Assembly (NCBI RefSeq): GCF_030144855.1
Contig: NC_082731.1
Location: 22,196,001-22,229,000, forward strand
Direction of reading: 5' to 3'
DNA: 33,000 bases
Origin: Hypanus sabinus
Taxonomy: Eukaryota
Numbering within the stretch: the first letter of the stretch is position 1; the number at the start of each line of letters is the position of its first letter. The notes beneath the pieces were generated by a model. That model had not been told where the DNA came from. It worked only from the letters and a program-made list of their open reading frames with translations, and made no database searches. A program made the translations under genes and the position numbers. Positions 10,873 to 21,870 of this stretch are shown here, piece after piece.

Positions 10873-12760
10873 CATTCAGAGATAAAAGATGAACATGAAA
10901 GGATCTAGCAAATAATATCAAAGAGGATACCAAAAGCTTTTTTCATGCATATAAACAGTAATCGACAGGTGAGAGTAGATATCGGACTGGTAGATAATTA
11001 TGCTGGATATATTGTAATGTGAGATAAGGAGATGTTGGAGAAATTGAAAAAAATGTCAGTCTCACTGAGGAAGACATCAGCAGTATACCGGACTCTTAAG
11101 TGTGTCAGGGAAGAGAAGTGTGCGCAGCCCCAATTACGACAGAGAAAGTACTCAGAAAGCTGAAAAATCTAAGTGTGGATATTCTCCCGGGCAAAATGGA
11201 ATGCACCCTCGTGTTCTGAAGGAAGTAGCTGAAGTGACTTTGTTGGCATTAGCAATGATCTTGTAAAACTCAATTGATTCTGGCATGTTTCCAGAGGAGT
11301 GGAAAATTGCAAATACCACTCCGCTATTTAAGAAGGGGACAAGGACGAACAAATGAAAATATAGACCTCTTAGATGGACATGGGTGTTCTGGAATTTGTT
11401 GGAGTCGATTGTCACGGATGAGGTTACGGAGTACCTGGAGGCATATGACAAGTTAGGCCGAAGTCAGCATGGTTTTCTTAAAGGAAAATCCTGCCTGCTA
11501 AACTTATTGCAATTTTTGAGGAAATTACAAGTAGGCTACACAAGGGAGAGGCAGTGGATCTTGTGTATTTGGATTTTCATAAGGCCTTTGACAAGATGCC
11601 GCAAATGAGACTGCCAAACAAGTCCGGGGCTCATGGAATTACAGGAAAGTTACATACGTAGGAAGAGAGTTTACTGACTGGCAGGAAACAGAGAGTAAGA
11701 ATAAAGGGATCCCATTCTGGTTGGCTGCCGGCTACCATTGGTGTTCTACAGGGGTCCAGTGCTGGGGACGCTTCTTCGTACGTTGTATATCAACGATTGG
11801 ATTATTGAATAAATTACTTTGTGGCAAAGTTTGCTGAATATACAAAGACAGGTGGAGGGGCCAGTAGTTCTGAGGAAGCAGAAAGTCTGCAGAGAGACTT
11901 GGATGGATTAGGAGAATCGACGACGAAGTGGCAAATGAAATACAATGCTGGAAGGTGTATGGTCATGCACTTTGGTAGAATAAATACAAGAGCAGACTAT
12001 TATTTAAATGGAGAGAGAATTCGAAGTACCGACATGCAACGGGAATTCAGAATCCACGTGCAGGATACCTTTGACGTTTCCCTCCAGGTAGAGCCGAAGG
12101 TGAAGAAGGCTAATGCAACGTTGGCATTCATCTCGATAGGAATAGAATACAAGAGTTGGGATGTAATGATGAGGATATATAGGGCACTGTTAAAACCTCA
12201 CTTGGAGTACTGTGAGCTTTTTTGTGCTCCTTATTTAACAAAGGATATGTTGACGTTGGACAGGCTTCAGAGAAGATTCAGTAGAATAATTCTGGGAATG
12301 AAAGAGTTAATATATGATAAACGTTTAACCTCTCTTGGACTGTACTCCTTGGAATTTTTAAGAATAAGAGGGGAGGGGGCTCAACAGAGTCATTTCTAAT
12401 GTTAAAATGCATGGACAGAGTTGAATTGGCAATATTGTTTCCCATGGAGGGGTGTCTAGTACGAGAGGGCATGATTTAAGGATTGAAGGGCGCCCATTCA
12501 GGACAGAGATGAGAAGTTTTTTTTTTTGCCAGAGGGTGGCGATTCTGTGAATTGTGTTGCTACGGGCGGCAGTGGACACCAAGTCATTGGATGTAGTTAG
12601 GGCAGAGATTGATAGGTATCTGAGTAGCCGGGGCATCAAAGGTTATGGTGAGAAAGCGCGTGGGACTAAATGGGAGAATGGATCAGCTCGTGATAAAATG
12701 GCGGAACAGACCCGATGGATCGAATGTCCGAATCCTGCACCTTTGTCTTATGGTCTTATC
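10873..12760 (+). mobile_element. CR1-type LINE, 5'-truncated ORF2 (RT) plus 3'UTR and tail
   Basis: LANNIKEDTKSFF, SQHGFLKGKSCLLNLLQF, WQMKYNAGRCMVMHFGRIN, KPHLEYC; tail TCTTATGGTCTTAT at 12746-12759. Confidence 0.9.
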
Positions 12761-13269
12761 ATCTAATTCTTGCAGACAGGTAAGATAGTCTAAAGCGACG
12801 TCAGTAAACTATGGTGATATAAGTGTACTGGAATATTCATTTTCTGTTCTTTGTATTTATTTCTGAGTTTTATTCCATCAATTGAAAACCAATGGCATTT
12901 TATTTCATGATTCTTCATGTTGGTTTTGTATCTCGGACTTCATAATTCGAGATTGATCCTTGTACACAACAGAGTGACGCAGCAGAACTTCAACGGTGCT
13001 ATGAATTCCCCCAAAGTTGTTTATAAAGTAAACGAGCGCTGAATCCTTTTAAAAGTATCAACAAGAAGGGAAGGAATATAGTGGAAAAGCAAGCGCATCA
13101 GGCATGGGATGCAGCGGTATCTCAGAGATCTGAAGATATTTCTGAAATGAGCACCCAAAATTGGGGAAAATTCTGCATCCAGACGATCTCTGAGCTATGG
13201 GGAGCATTCGGAAAAAAATAAAAAAATATATATTCGAAGTTATTCTTCGGAGGCTCGATACAATCCTCC

Positions 13270-13781
13270 CTCACACCTGATATCATAATTTCAATCAGGA
13301 TCTGTCCAAAAAATCTGCACGACCATTAAGGCAGAAGAGACGTTGCCTCGTCGCAGTTTAAACTCACAAAACGTATTTCATCTGTCGTGAATTTTTCGCT
13401 GTCAGTCTCCCTGCGATACACACCATTGAATCAGTTTTATCTGTATGCTGATCTCTGACATATGTTACTTGTAACTTCAAAGATGTGTGTTCATAGAGAC
13501 CTTCTTTTAACTGGCAGTAAATTGGGTTTCGTGGCAGAAAATATAATACACTACGGAATCTGACCCAAGGATTCCGCATGGAAGAAAACACGAAACGCCT
13601 AAAGATTTTCCAAGCAAGAGATGTTTTCTCGAATGGGCATGCATTCATCATAAATTTAAAACACTGGGCAGAGTGGGCATACGTATATATAACACAAAAA
13701 TTAGATAGGCCACGTGACGTTTACTGCGGAGTATGTCAGGCAACGATACAGCTTGTTGCTATTGCCGTCCTCAGCGTTCAT
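13270..13781 (-). pseudogene. Decayed TCR-like V segment
   Basis: Intron end GTTTCGTGTTTTCTTCCAT resembles GTTTCTTGTTTTCTTCCAG of the 24 kb V (acceptor AG to AT). Exon from 13577 reads GGILGSDSVV, then IYCQL, YK*H, and FR3-like SSALMVVQIFWTDPD*NY. The leader (ATG 13781, donor 13724) is tentative; no RSS. Confidence 0.5.
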
Positions 13782-14370
13782 TAAAACGAGCTCGAAGAAT
13801 ACCGTTGGCCCAAGAGTCAGGATTGTTTGATAGAAAGATAGAGAAAAAGAGAGAAAAAAGGCAACGACACAATTCGTTGTTTTCTTCGGATTATCAAGGG
13901 TGATGGACAATCAAAGTTAGCTTTGTTTTGACATGCTTTCTTTCTATAAGCTTATTACATGTTATTTGCTTCTGTAACAAGAAAACCAATCTCTTGAACG
14001 ATATTTTTTGGTCTGGTAGCATCTGTAGAAAATGAAACTGAGTTATCTTCTTTCGAGTTATCCCTGTTTTCCCTTACAGTGAGTTTTCCAGATCTAATGA
14101 AAACTTATAGAAATACAGTAAAAAACAGGCAGATCAGCCCAATGCCAGCAAACATGCCCGCCTAGCACGCAGTATCTACCAGGAGAAACACAAACAGCTA
14201 GTGTTGTGAAATTCATTGATACTTGTTCCATGTGTATTTTCCGCAGAGTTTGTTCCTGTTAAGCTCAAATGGCTTATTACTAACCATGGCCATATTTTTC
14301 ATTATTATGCGTGCGGAACGTGCGCGATCATTTTTTTTTATCATGATTGATATTGGCAACTATTTCCGCT

Positions 14371-14391
14371 TATATATATATATATATATAT
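14371..14391. repeat. (TA)10 microsatellite
   Basis: Read directly. Confidence 0.95.
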
Positions 14392-15239
14392 TTCCCGCTT
14401 CCCCCAACATGGCCATTTGTTATGGCAGCGGTCATAACTTACCTAACCTTCGAATACATTTGATTTTTTTAGAGCTGAGGATATGTTACTGCGTTAAGAG
14501 ATACTATTTGATTTATTTCTTTCCTGTGTTGGCAGAAAAAAAAAACAAGCGCAATATAATCGTTCTTTACTGCTCCTGGGGTTATTTCGGGTTCATAAGT
14601 GACAGGTGCCTGAAGGTGAATAATGGATTTACTTCAGAAAGAAGTATTCATTGGAACGTGAAATCATGCCGTGTTATTGATGTAAATTACAGTTGCACAA
14701 AGTAATTTTTGTAATGGTGACATTATCTGGTCAGAACACACACTCACAGTGGGCACACTGCGCCGGAAATCAACTGCTGTTCTTCACCGATCTTTTTTAG
14801 CAAACACTCCATGCATGACAATTTACTTTTAACCATATGAATGAAATAAACCTTTCTATTTAATGTAAGACTGAATGCAAAAGATCGCTTTCATACTCTC
14901 ATCGATTTAAGCATACACGGCGGCATGCACCATCTCAAAATTGTATCACCTCTACTCCTAAACAATCGGATTGTGCAGGCCGACAATCAGAAGTAACTTC
15001 CGAGGTCTGAATTTATTAAATGGCGTGTAATTTGGTATACTTGTCAGGTAACCTGTGCTGTAGTGGGAAGAAAAAACATATCATATTTTTTGTCAAGACA
15101 GACTCGATCGATTTTCCTTAATATTTGCCAATGCACTTGCTGATCCGATTTTCTGCCCCTCTATTCAATTTACAATTCGTCCTGGATTATCTCATCATGA
15201 AATTATACTTTGTCTTTGCTTATGTTAAGGCGAGGAATA

Positions 15240-15490
15240 CGAAACCATAACACGTGGGAGTAAAAGATAGGCTACTTGGTCCATTCAATCTGCTGCGCTG
15301 TTCCATCAGGAAAGATTTATTTTCCCGTTGTAACTCAGTCACGTTTGATCTGCCCATAATTTATGGCGCAATTAATATCCAGAAATTGGGACTTTAGCGT
15401 CAAATGCACCAAATAACCGGCCTCAACTGCTGCGGCTCTACAATCCACGGATTCCCCAACTTCAGGTTAAAGAAAATCCTTCTCATTTCT
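15240..15490 (-). mobile_element. CR1-type 3'-end fragment
   Basis: AAACCATAACACGTGGGAGTAAAAGATAGGCTACTTGGTCCATT...GGTTAAAGAAAATCCTTCTCAT resembles the reverse complement of CR1 3'UTRs in this window (cf. 12500-12760 and 30310-30520). Confidence 0.6.
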
Positions 15491-16696
15491 TCCAAAATCA
15501 CAACGCACAACAACAACTTACGTTCCATTTGGTCCTATATTTACCAATATAGGTGGCATTCGTTGCAGGTTAACTTGGTCGTCGTCTTTCAATATTCAAT
15601 ACTGATGAATAATATTCTCCTAATTTTTTTTTATAATCGCCAACGAGTATAAGCCCACGGTTGGTTATGTGCATCGGTTCCTCCTCGAATTGCTGTGAAA
15701 ATCGCTTGCGACCTATCAGTCTGTTTGGCTGCGCGCCACGTATTTATCTTTCCTGTTTTGTTGAGGGTTCCTATTTTGTTAAACAATCGCGTTTGCAACA
15801 CCCTGTCTGAGGGTTTCGGAGAGTCAAAGAAAAAAAAATCCAATTACTCAGCTTGTCTACGTTTGTTTTTATTTAATCATATAGTTCCAAAAGAATTGCT
15901 ATGAAATTCTCCCCTTCAGAAAACGATACTGGATTAGGGCTTTTCTATCCTGCTCCTCTGTGTACCCTGAAACATCATGCGAAACAGAAATACCATCACA
16001 CTGCTGTAGTTCAATGACATCGCAACGCTTTACTGTGTTGTACAAGGGATAGTGCCTGGAACATTGCTACGGCTTCTGGTGATTTACTAAATAATTTACA
16101 TTGCAATAATATTGGGCTGCAAAAAGTTAATTGGATAGAATATTTTCAATTGAAATGTCGAATGCAAGAAGTTTGTCGAATAATCTGCATTAAATTCATC
16201 AATGCACGTGACAGGAGCCAATAGTCCCTACTTTTGTGAGCAAAACATGTCTTGCGAAATGAAGTATAAAACTAACAGAAATGAAGGCGCAGCTCATGTC
16301 AGTCCATCGAAAAGTGCGTCTGAGCTGCCTTTATGTTTTGTCTTCGAAGAAAGTTGGTCGAAAAAAATGTGACTTTGAATGTTTAAATTTACCATTCAAT
16401 AAAAACTCTTTCAATAAACAATCGCATAAACCTGCATACCTGATTGCCATACTAAATAAGTTCCACACAATGGGAGAGATTTTTTAGTAAATCCATCTGT
16501 ATAGCAAGTGGTTGAGCTCTATGTGGACAGGAAATGAGGGGTTAGGAAAACTGTAATGTATCCCTTCATCAAGCAATGTGATACTTTTTTCGAATAATTG
16601 ACATCTCATTTCGCATTTTACAATACGTCATTGAGAGCTTCGAAATTCCCAAACAGTTTGTCATTCGATGTACCTGCAGACATTACAGTGCCGTCA

Positions 16697-16988
16697 GGTT
16701 TTTGTTCTAATCTTTGTACGCAAGCTGATGCTATTAGAGAGCAATTCCTATTATCTGCATCCATTCCAGAAATTGGCAAAACATGTCGACGTTTTATGAA
16801 TTTTACAAAGTTTTTACTCAAACAGGAAGTTGACTGGAAGCAAAAACTGTATACCTTTTGGATAGATGGAGCTGTTGTGACACCAGACATTGCATCTGGT
16901 TCAGCCACTGCAGTAAACATAGAAGCTCCAAACGTCAGTTTCACTCTTACACAGATTTTCAATGGCAAACAAGACCAGTCGAACAGCC
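16697..16988 (-). pseudogene. Decayed TCR-like V exon with 23-RSS remnant
   Basis: CTTCTTTCAG acceptor, exon from 16988. Reads YCSG*TRCNVWCH (C23 to W41), KGIQFLL, and VLPISGMDADNRNCSL (~LTISGL..DSAVYYCAL). Followed by AATAGCA, a 23-nt spacer and a perfect ACAAAAACC (16697-16705). Confidence 0.6.
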
Positions 16989-18281
16989 CTGAAAGAAGTC
17001 CTGTCAACAGACATATGATTTATCAACCATTTTTGAAGCATATCACTGAAAATCGTATTTTAAAGGACTTTGTTGCGAAGTGACCGCAGACTATTCCACA
17101 AACTGAAGTTCCTTGGTTTCCCAGAGGAAGTCTTGGAAGCGTCTGTTAGCAGTCAGGACGGAAGTTTTACTTTTGCTGTAAAAAAATAAAGAAACCAGAA
17201 TTTACAACAGTTAGAAATAATGGCATATATCGTTGGGTCGGCTTGACTGGCCGATATTTAATACCATATGAATGAAATAAACTTTTCTATTTAATATCCT
17301 GTATTCACAATTATGGATGCTACTGGAAATGAAATAATACTTTCTTAGCTGAGCTGCGAAGCAAATAATAAAGGCCGGCATCTATGCAAACATAAAAAGC
17401 TAAAGGAAGTGTTTTACCAAGATAATTTTTCGGTAGATTTTTTTTTACATTTCTTTGAAGAAATACATTTACGACATTTCTTAAGTTTGTAAGGAATTGA
17501 CACTCCAAATTGGTAATTTAAAGTTGAACATCGGATCTGCAATCCTTTGCTGTCTAATGCACTCGAAGATACTCGAAGATGATAATCTTCCTATTTCGTT
17601 GAACTTGGAACAACAGAAAATACTACAATTAGTTTTTAATTTAAACGGCCTTGGGTCATTACATTCCTCCTTCAAGAAGTCAATCTTCACATTGTAGAGC
17701 GAAATATGTCAGGCTGAATTTGATTGTCAACAACATATGTTTACGATTCACACAGTTCAACACCTGTAACCATTAAAGCAAAAACGAAAGAAAATCGAAT
17801 CTGTGATTATAACCGCATTTTATAAAATATGGATGCCATCTGCTGAGGACTGCGTCCAGTTACGGTAATGAGTTCTGGGGAGCGGTGAAATAGATGCAAC
17901 TTCCTGGCATGGAATAAAGGAGATTCGTTATGACGAGAGCCTGATGACACTAGCTTTGTTCTGCAGTGAGTTGCAGTGAATAAGAAGGGACGTCGTTGTT
18001 GTACATAGAATGACTAGAATAGATAGAGCAGACACAAGAAAAAAAAAATCCTAATATCGTTTAGATACTTAGAGATGCAGTGAAGTTATTGCGATGGAAA
18101 ATGATGGAGCCCTGCTTCACTTACTGAGCATTAAGTCCTGAAAATATCTCAAGGAGACGTTCATTGCAGATGGTTAGCTAATAGTACAGCGGTATGAAAA
18201 TAGAGAGAAATGTTCACGAGTCGGAAGTTTGTGCACTCAAGTGCTGTGAGATCAGTTTGACTGGAATCATCCCACTGGTCA

Positions 18282-18547
18282 GTCTGTGACGAATTAGCCT
18301 ACTGCACATGCTCATGTGCTGAACCAAATTGATCTATAATCCAGGATCCTAGTACTGATTGTTTACTATATAATATAGTGTTCAATGGCAAGAATTCAGC
18401 CGCTCTTTTGCAGAATATCCGTGTGCTTTTTAATCTCAAAACCTTGTCTCGTAAATATCGTTAACGGTAGTTGAAGCAACTCGATATTATGCATCTGTCA
18501 GAACCTTCAGGCAATACTTGCTGAATGTATCGTTATAAAGTTTCACC
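18282..18547 (-). pseudogene. Possible very decayed V exon
   Basis: CAG acceptor, LPEG, then GSAHE(x)CAVG (~DSAVYYCAV with a 1-nt shift), followed by CACAGAC at 18282-18288; nonamer poor. Confidence 0.25.
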
Positions 18548-19473
18548 TGCTCTTTGTAACACTGGCTCAATTTGGTAATCCTTATTAATTCAGAACCAGA
18601 AAATGTTCGGACAGCCTTCTTACTTTGTTTCCTGTTCGAACTAAGGGATCATTATATAATGTTGCATGAGTTAAGTGTTCTAGCTTTTCTAACTTTTACG
18701 GACTACCAGCTGAACATTGCATATACTCTTATTTGCAAAGTTCTGATGTACAGTTTAGATGTTACTTTTTTCTTGCATTGCCTTCCCCATGGACAAAACA
18801 GTATGAAGCTGGATAGATGCTTTATTTCTTGGCAAACGACTGCAGCACCATTATTTTTTTTTTTCAGCCCAGTCATTACATTTGCTCTATCTTGCATAAA
18901 AGTAATCATTTATAAATGTCATGTTTATTGATGGTATGCACTTCTTCTTGCTTCAGCTGTTGCCAAGCTTGCATCTGCGGATATTTTCAAAAATCTCACA
19001 AAAACTGATTCCCTGGATCGTTTCATTTGCAGTCAAATTTTAAAGCACAATGTTAACTTTAAAAGTTGCAAGATTAGGTGAATTGTTTTTACGCTCTTTG
19101 TGCATGGAAAGTAGATTTCCCTAATGTCTTCATTTTTTTGTTTCTGAAACTCAAAACGGCTGCACTCAAACAAATCAAAAGCACAGTTATCATCACACCA
19201 ACTCCCTGGTATATTTACATATTAGGCCTCCCTCATTACACAGCATGCACACAAGCATTACTTTTAGTAGTGAAGATTCTGTAATAATTTTCCAAATTTA
19301 CAATATCAGAAGCAAATATTTAATTCAGGCAACTATCTTTTCTCTTGCTTCACATTCATTTGGTTTAATTTGGACGTTCATTTTATTCGACATCCTCAGT
19401 ATGCAAAATAAAACACACGTTTTCCACTCTATCCATGTCCACTCTGTCTTTGTTCTTAAAATTTGTAACTGTG

Positions 19474-19774
19474 AGTTAAGTACCCCGTAACTGGGTGTTT
19501 TACCAGTAAAGATAGAAGTGTCCGCTGGAGTCTGGTACTATTTTCAAAACAGTGTTTATTAGTAAAAATATAAAAATCAATATCAACAATACAAATATAC
19601 AGATAATATACGTTAGCAATACTAAACCTAAAAGAATGGGGATAATAATAATCAATAATAAACAAGCTCTATCTTTGTCTAAGGCATAAGGAAATATCAT
19701 GGGAGAGTATAAAGTTCAGTTCATGTAGGCTGAGGTAGTTGTTGGTTCTTTTGTTGTCACCGTTGGTAGGGGGG

Positions 19775-19836
<62 letters not shown>

Positions 19837-20488
19837 AGTAACAGCTATTGTCTTGCAAACCTTCTTTTACTCTCTTGAATCGTCGATGTGTTGTTGTGAC
19901 CATTCGGGTATAACCCCTCTGTCCTTTAGCTACACCGTTCTTCTATGGTGGCTCTTCACCCAGGCAAGGATGGACACACACACAAGCCCCCACCGACCTC
20001 ACTATAAACACTGTGAGTTAAAATTGACCGATCCTTCGTTCCGTCTCCGATGCCACACACTTTCTCGTGGGTTCCGATACTTAAGCAGTGCTCACTAATG
20101 TGTCTCTTGGTGCGTCTTCTGTTGTGTCTGAGGGGTGTCTCCCCAGACCTCACTTTTATCCCTACTTACGGGGTCTCAGGTATTAATTAGTTTTGAATGG
20201 CTCAGCCCATCAAACCAGCCCACTCCGGCTGTCCACTGAGAAATTTTAATGAACAGAATAGTACCAGGTAAACAGCCCTCTCTGGAGCCGTGACTCTGAC
20301 AGGAGTCATAATATGGTCTCTCTCCCCTGGTGTTATCAGGAGCAGATGTTCCAATCTCAGTATATTTTTGTTCCATCTATTCCTCTCTCAACACATGGAA
20401 ACAGTAAAAGTTTGTAATTCTCCCAAAGAGGGGGACATGGGCAACCTTGCACCCTTCTGCCCATCTCAGTTGTTCATCCTTCGTAACA
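19474..20488 (-). mobile_element. Solo LTR (~1015 bp) with 4-bp target-site duplication TGTG
   Basis: Ends AGTTAAG (degenerate TGTTACG) and CGTAACA form an inverted terminal repeat. TGTG lies at 19470-19473 and 20489-20492. Orientation is inferred from a TTTATT (minus-strand AATAAA) near the left end. Confidence 0.75.
19777..19835. repeat. (GA)29 microsatellite inside the solo LTR
   Basis: Read directly. Confidence 0.95.
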
Positions 20489-20711
20489 TGTGTTTTAACT
20501 TCAAATACCAGTAATGTAAAAATATTAAATCTATAAAACGTCTCAAAGTTTTATTATTTCGAGTATTTATGTATTATTTTCATTACACAATCAATCCACT
20601 GTTTTTTAAAATGATATTAGCATAGATTGTAAGTATGATTTCCGCAACTTGAAAATTATGTTGCTGTTATATGAGGGTGGAAATTAGATACCGAGAGGTC
20701 GCACAAGCACT

Positions 20712-21178
20712 CACTGTGCAGGTATCCGTGCTTTGCACACAACAGTAGAGGGCACCATCAAATAACTTATGCACAGATTATGCAGAGGATTCCCCGGAAG
20801 CGCTTGGTTAACTGAGAGGCGATGTACAGATAATACTTCATTGGAGGGGAGAAACTTTATATCTGGCATTCACGATATAGATAAAAACACAAACAATGGG
20901 TAAAATCTCTACATCTGCGAGGCAGACACAGATCAACAAGTGTTCTAGATTCTGTTCGACATTTTTTTTCTATGGTTGATATCACGATGAACTTCATAAC
21001 ACAGAAAATAGCACGTATCAGCTACCGCTCCTAGGAGACAACATTTGGAAGCAAGAGACGAGTTGAATGCTGAAGAGAGATTTTGAAATCAGTAATCGCC
21101 TCTCATCAGAATAAATTGTGCTGCATGTTTAATGACGGAAGCATAGTGAAATAGAAAGCAGAAAAATAGCACACACAT
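20712..21178 (-). pseudogene. Decayed TCR alpha/delta-like V segment (leader + V exon + heptamer)
   Basis: Hydrophobic leader MCVLFFCFLFHYAS (21178-21137), GT donor, 106-bp intron, CCTAG acceptor. Exon from 21030 reads GAVADT, then FR3 HRLSVNQALPGNPLH..SVHKLFDGALYCCV, then a perfect CACAGTG (20712-20718). No nonamer at 23 or 12 nt. Confidence 0.7.
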
Positions 21179-21344
21179 TATTTGACATAAAGCTTCAAGT
21201 TCCTTAATATATCGGTACTAAATCATCTGTTTCGTTCATGATTCGGAAAGTTAATTACAGTTCAAACCAGTCAGATTTATTTGTGTACATATTTGAAGAT
21301 ATCTCTTTGATACATTTTACCACAGGGAACTAAAAGCTAACCAG

Positions 21345-21870
21345 ACTCCCCTGATTCGCTGGCCGAATGGGGAGTAATGTTTCCTTATTTTCTGCAGGAA
21401 AATCTGTCCAATTCATTCTTTTCGGTTCGTGTAACTTCCAACGGGAAGCCATCGATATAATTTTCGACAACGTCAAGTAATTTTTCTACTAATTCTGTCA
21501 TTTCTTCAGTTCGCATTCTGTCTCCTTTCTTACCCCTTCTGCCTAACGCATCTGTCTCATGTCTCTCCTTCCCATTCTCCCATGGTGGTCTCTTCTCAAC
21601 CATCAGATTTCTACTTCTGCAGTCATAGATATGTTCGACCTATCCTGGTCCGTATTATCGCTTCATATTCCATTCCCCATCAAGGAACCTCGCCCGTCAC
21701 CTGGCTTCTCCTATTATCATCCCACTTGTAATCGTCCCAGTCCCCCACATTCTCATTTGGATTTCCTTTCGCCTGAAAGGAAATAGTGCCTGAGTCAGAA
21801 ATGTCGAAACTTTATTAATTTTCATAGATGCTGCCTGAACCGCTGAACTTCTCCAATATCCGGTTGTGTA
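21345..21870 (+). mobile_element. Penelope-like element 3' fragment (decayed)
   Basis: CAACGGGAAGCCATCGATATAATTTTCGACAACGTCAAGTAA resembles the GIY-YIG C-terminal QPDGMNIDFSNFR* end. It is followed by a pyrimidine-rich tract and a ...GAAATGTCGAAAC...CATAGATGCTGCCTGAACCGCTG tail like fish and shark PLEs as I recall them; not searched. Confidence 0.5.

Noticed and set aside
14745-14751. Perfect CACAGTG
   Set aside because: No nonamer at 12 or 23 nt and no adjacent V, D or J coding motif.
15540-15600. J-like ...KTTTKLT on the minus strand
   Set aside because: No FGxG, no RSS, no well-placed donor.
16895-16965. J-like KLTFGASMFTAVAEP with a weak 12-RSS-like sequence (minus strand)
   Set aside because: Lacks the second G of FGxG and a GT donor, and lies within FR1 of the decayed V exon starting at 16988.
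16598-17083. 161-aa plus-strand ORF
   Set aside because: Antisense to the V remnant, starts at TTG and has no recognisable motif.
19739-20098. ORF containing (ER)n
   Set aside because: Translation of the GA microsatellite inside the solo LTR.
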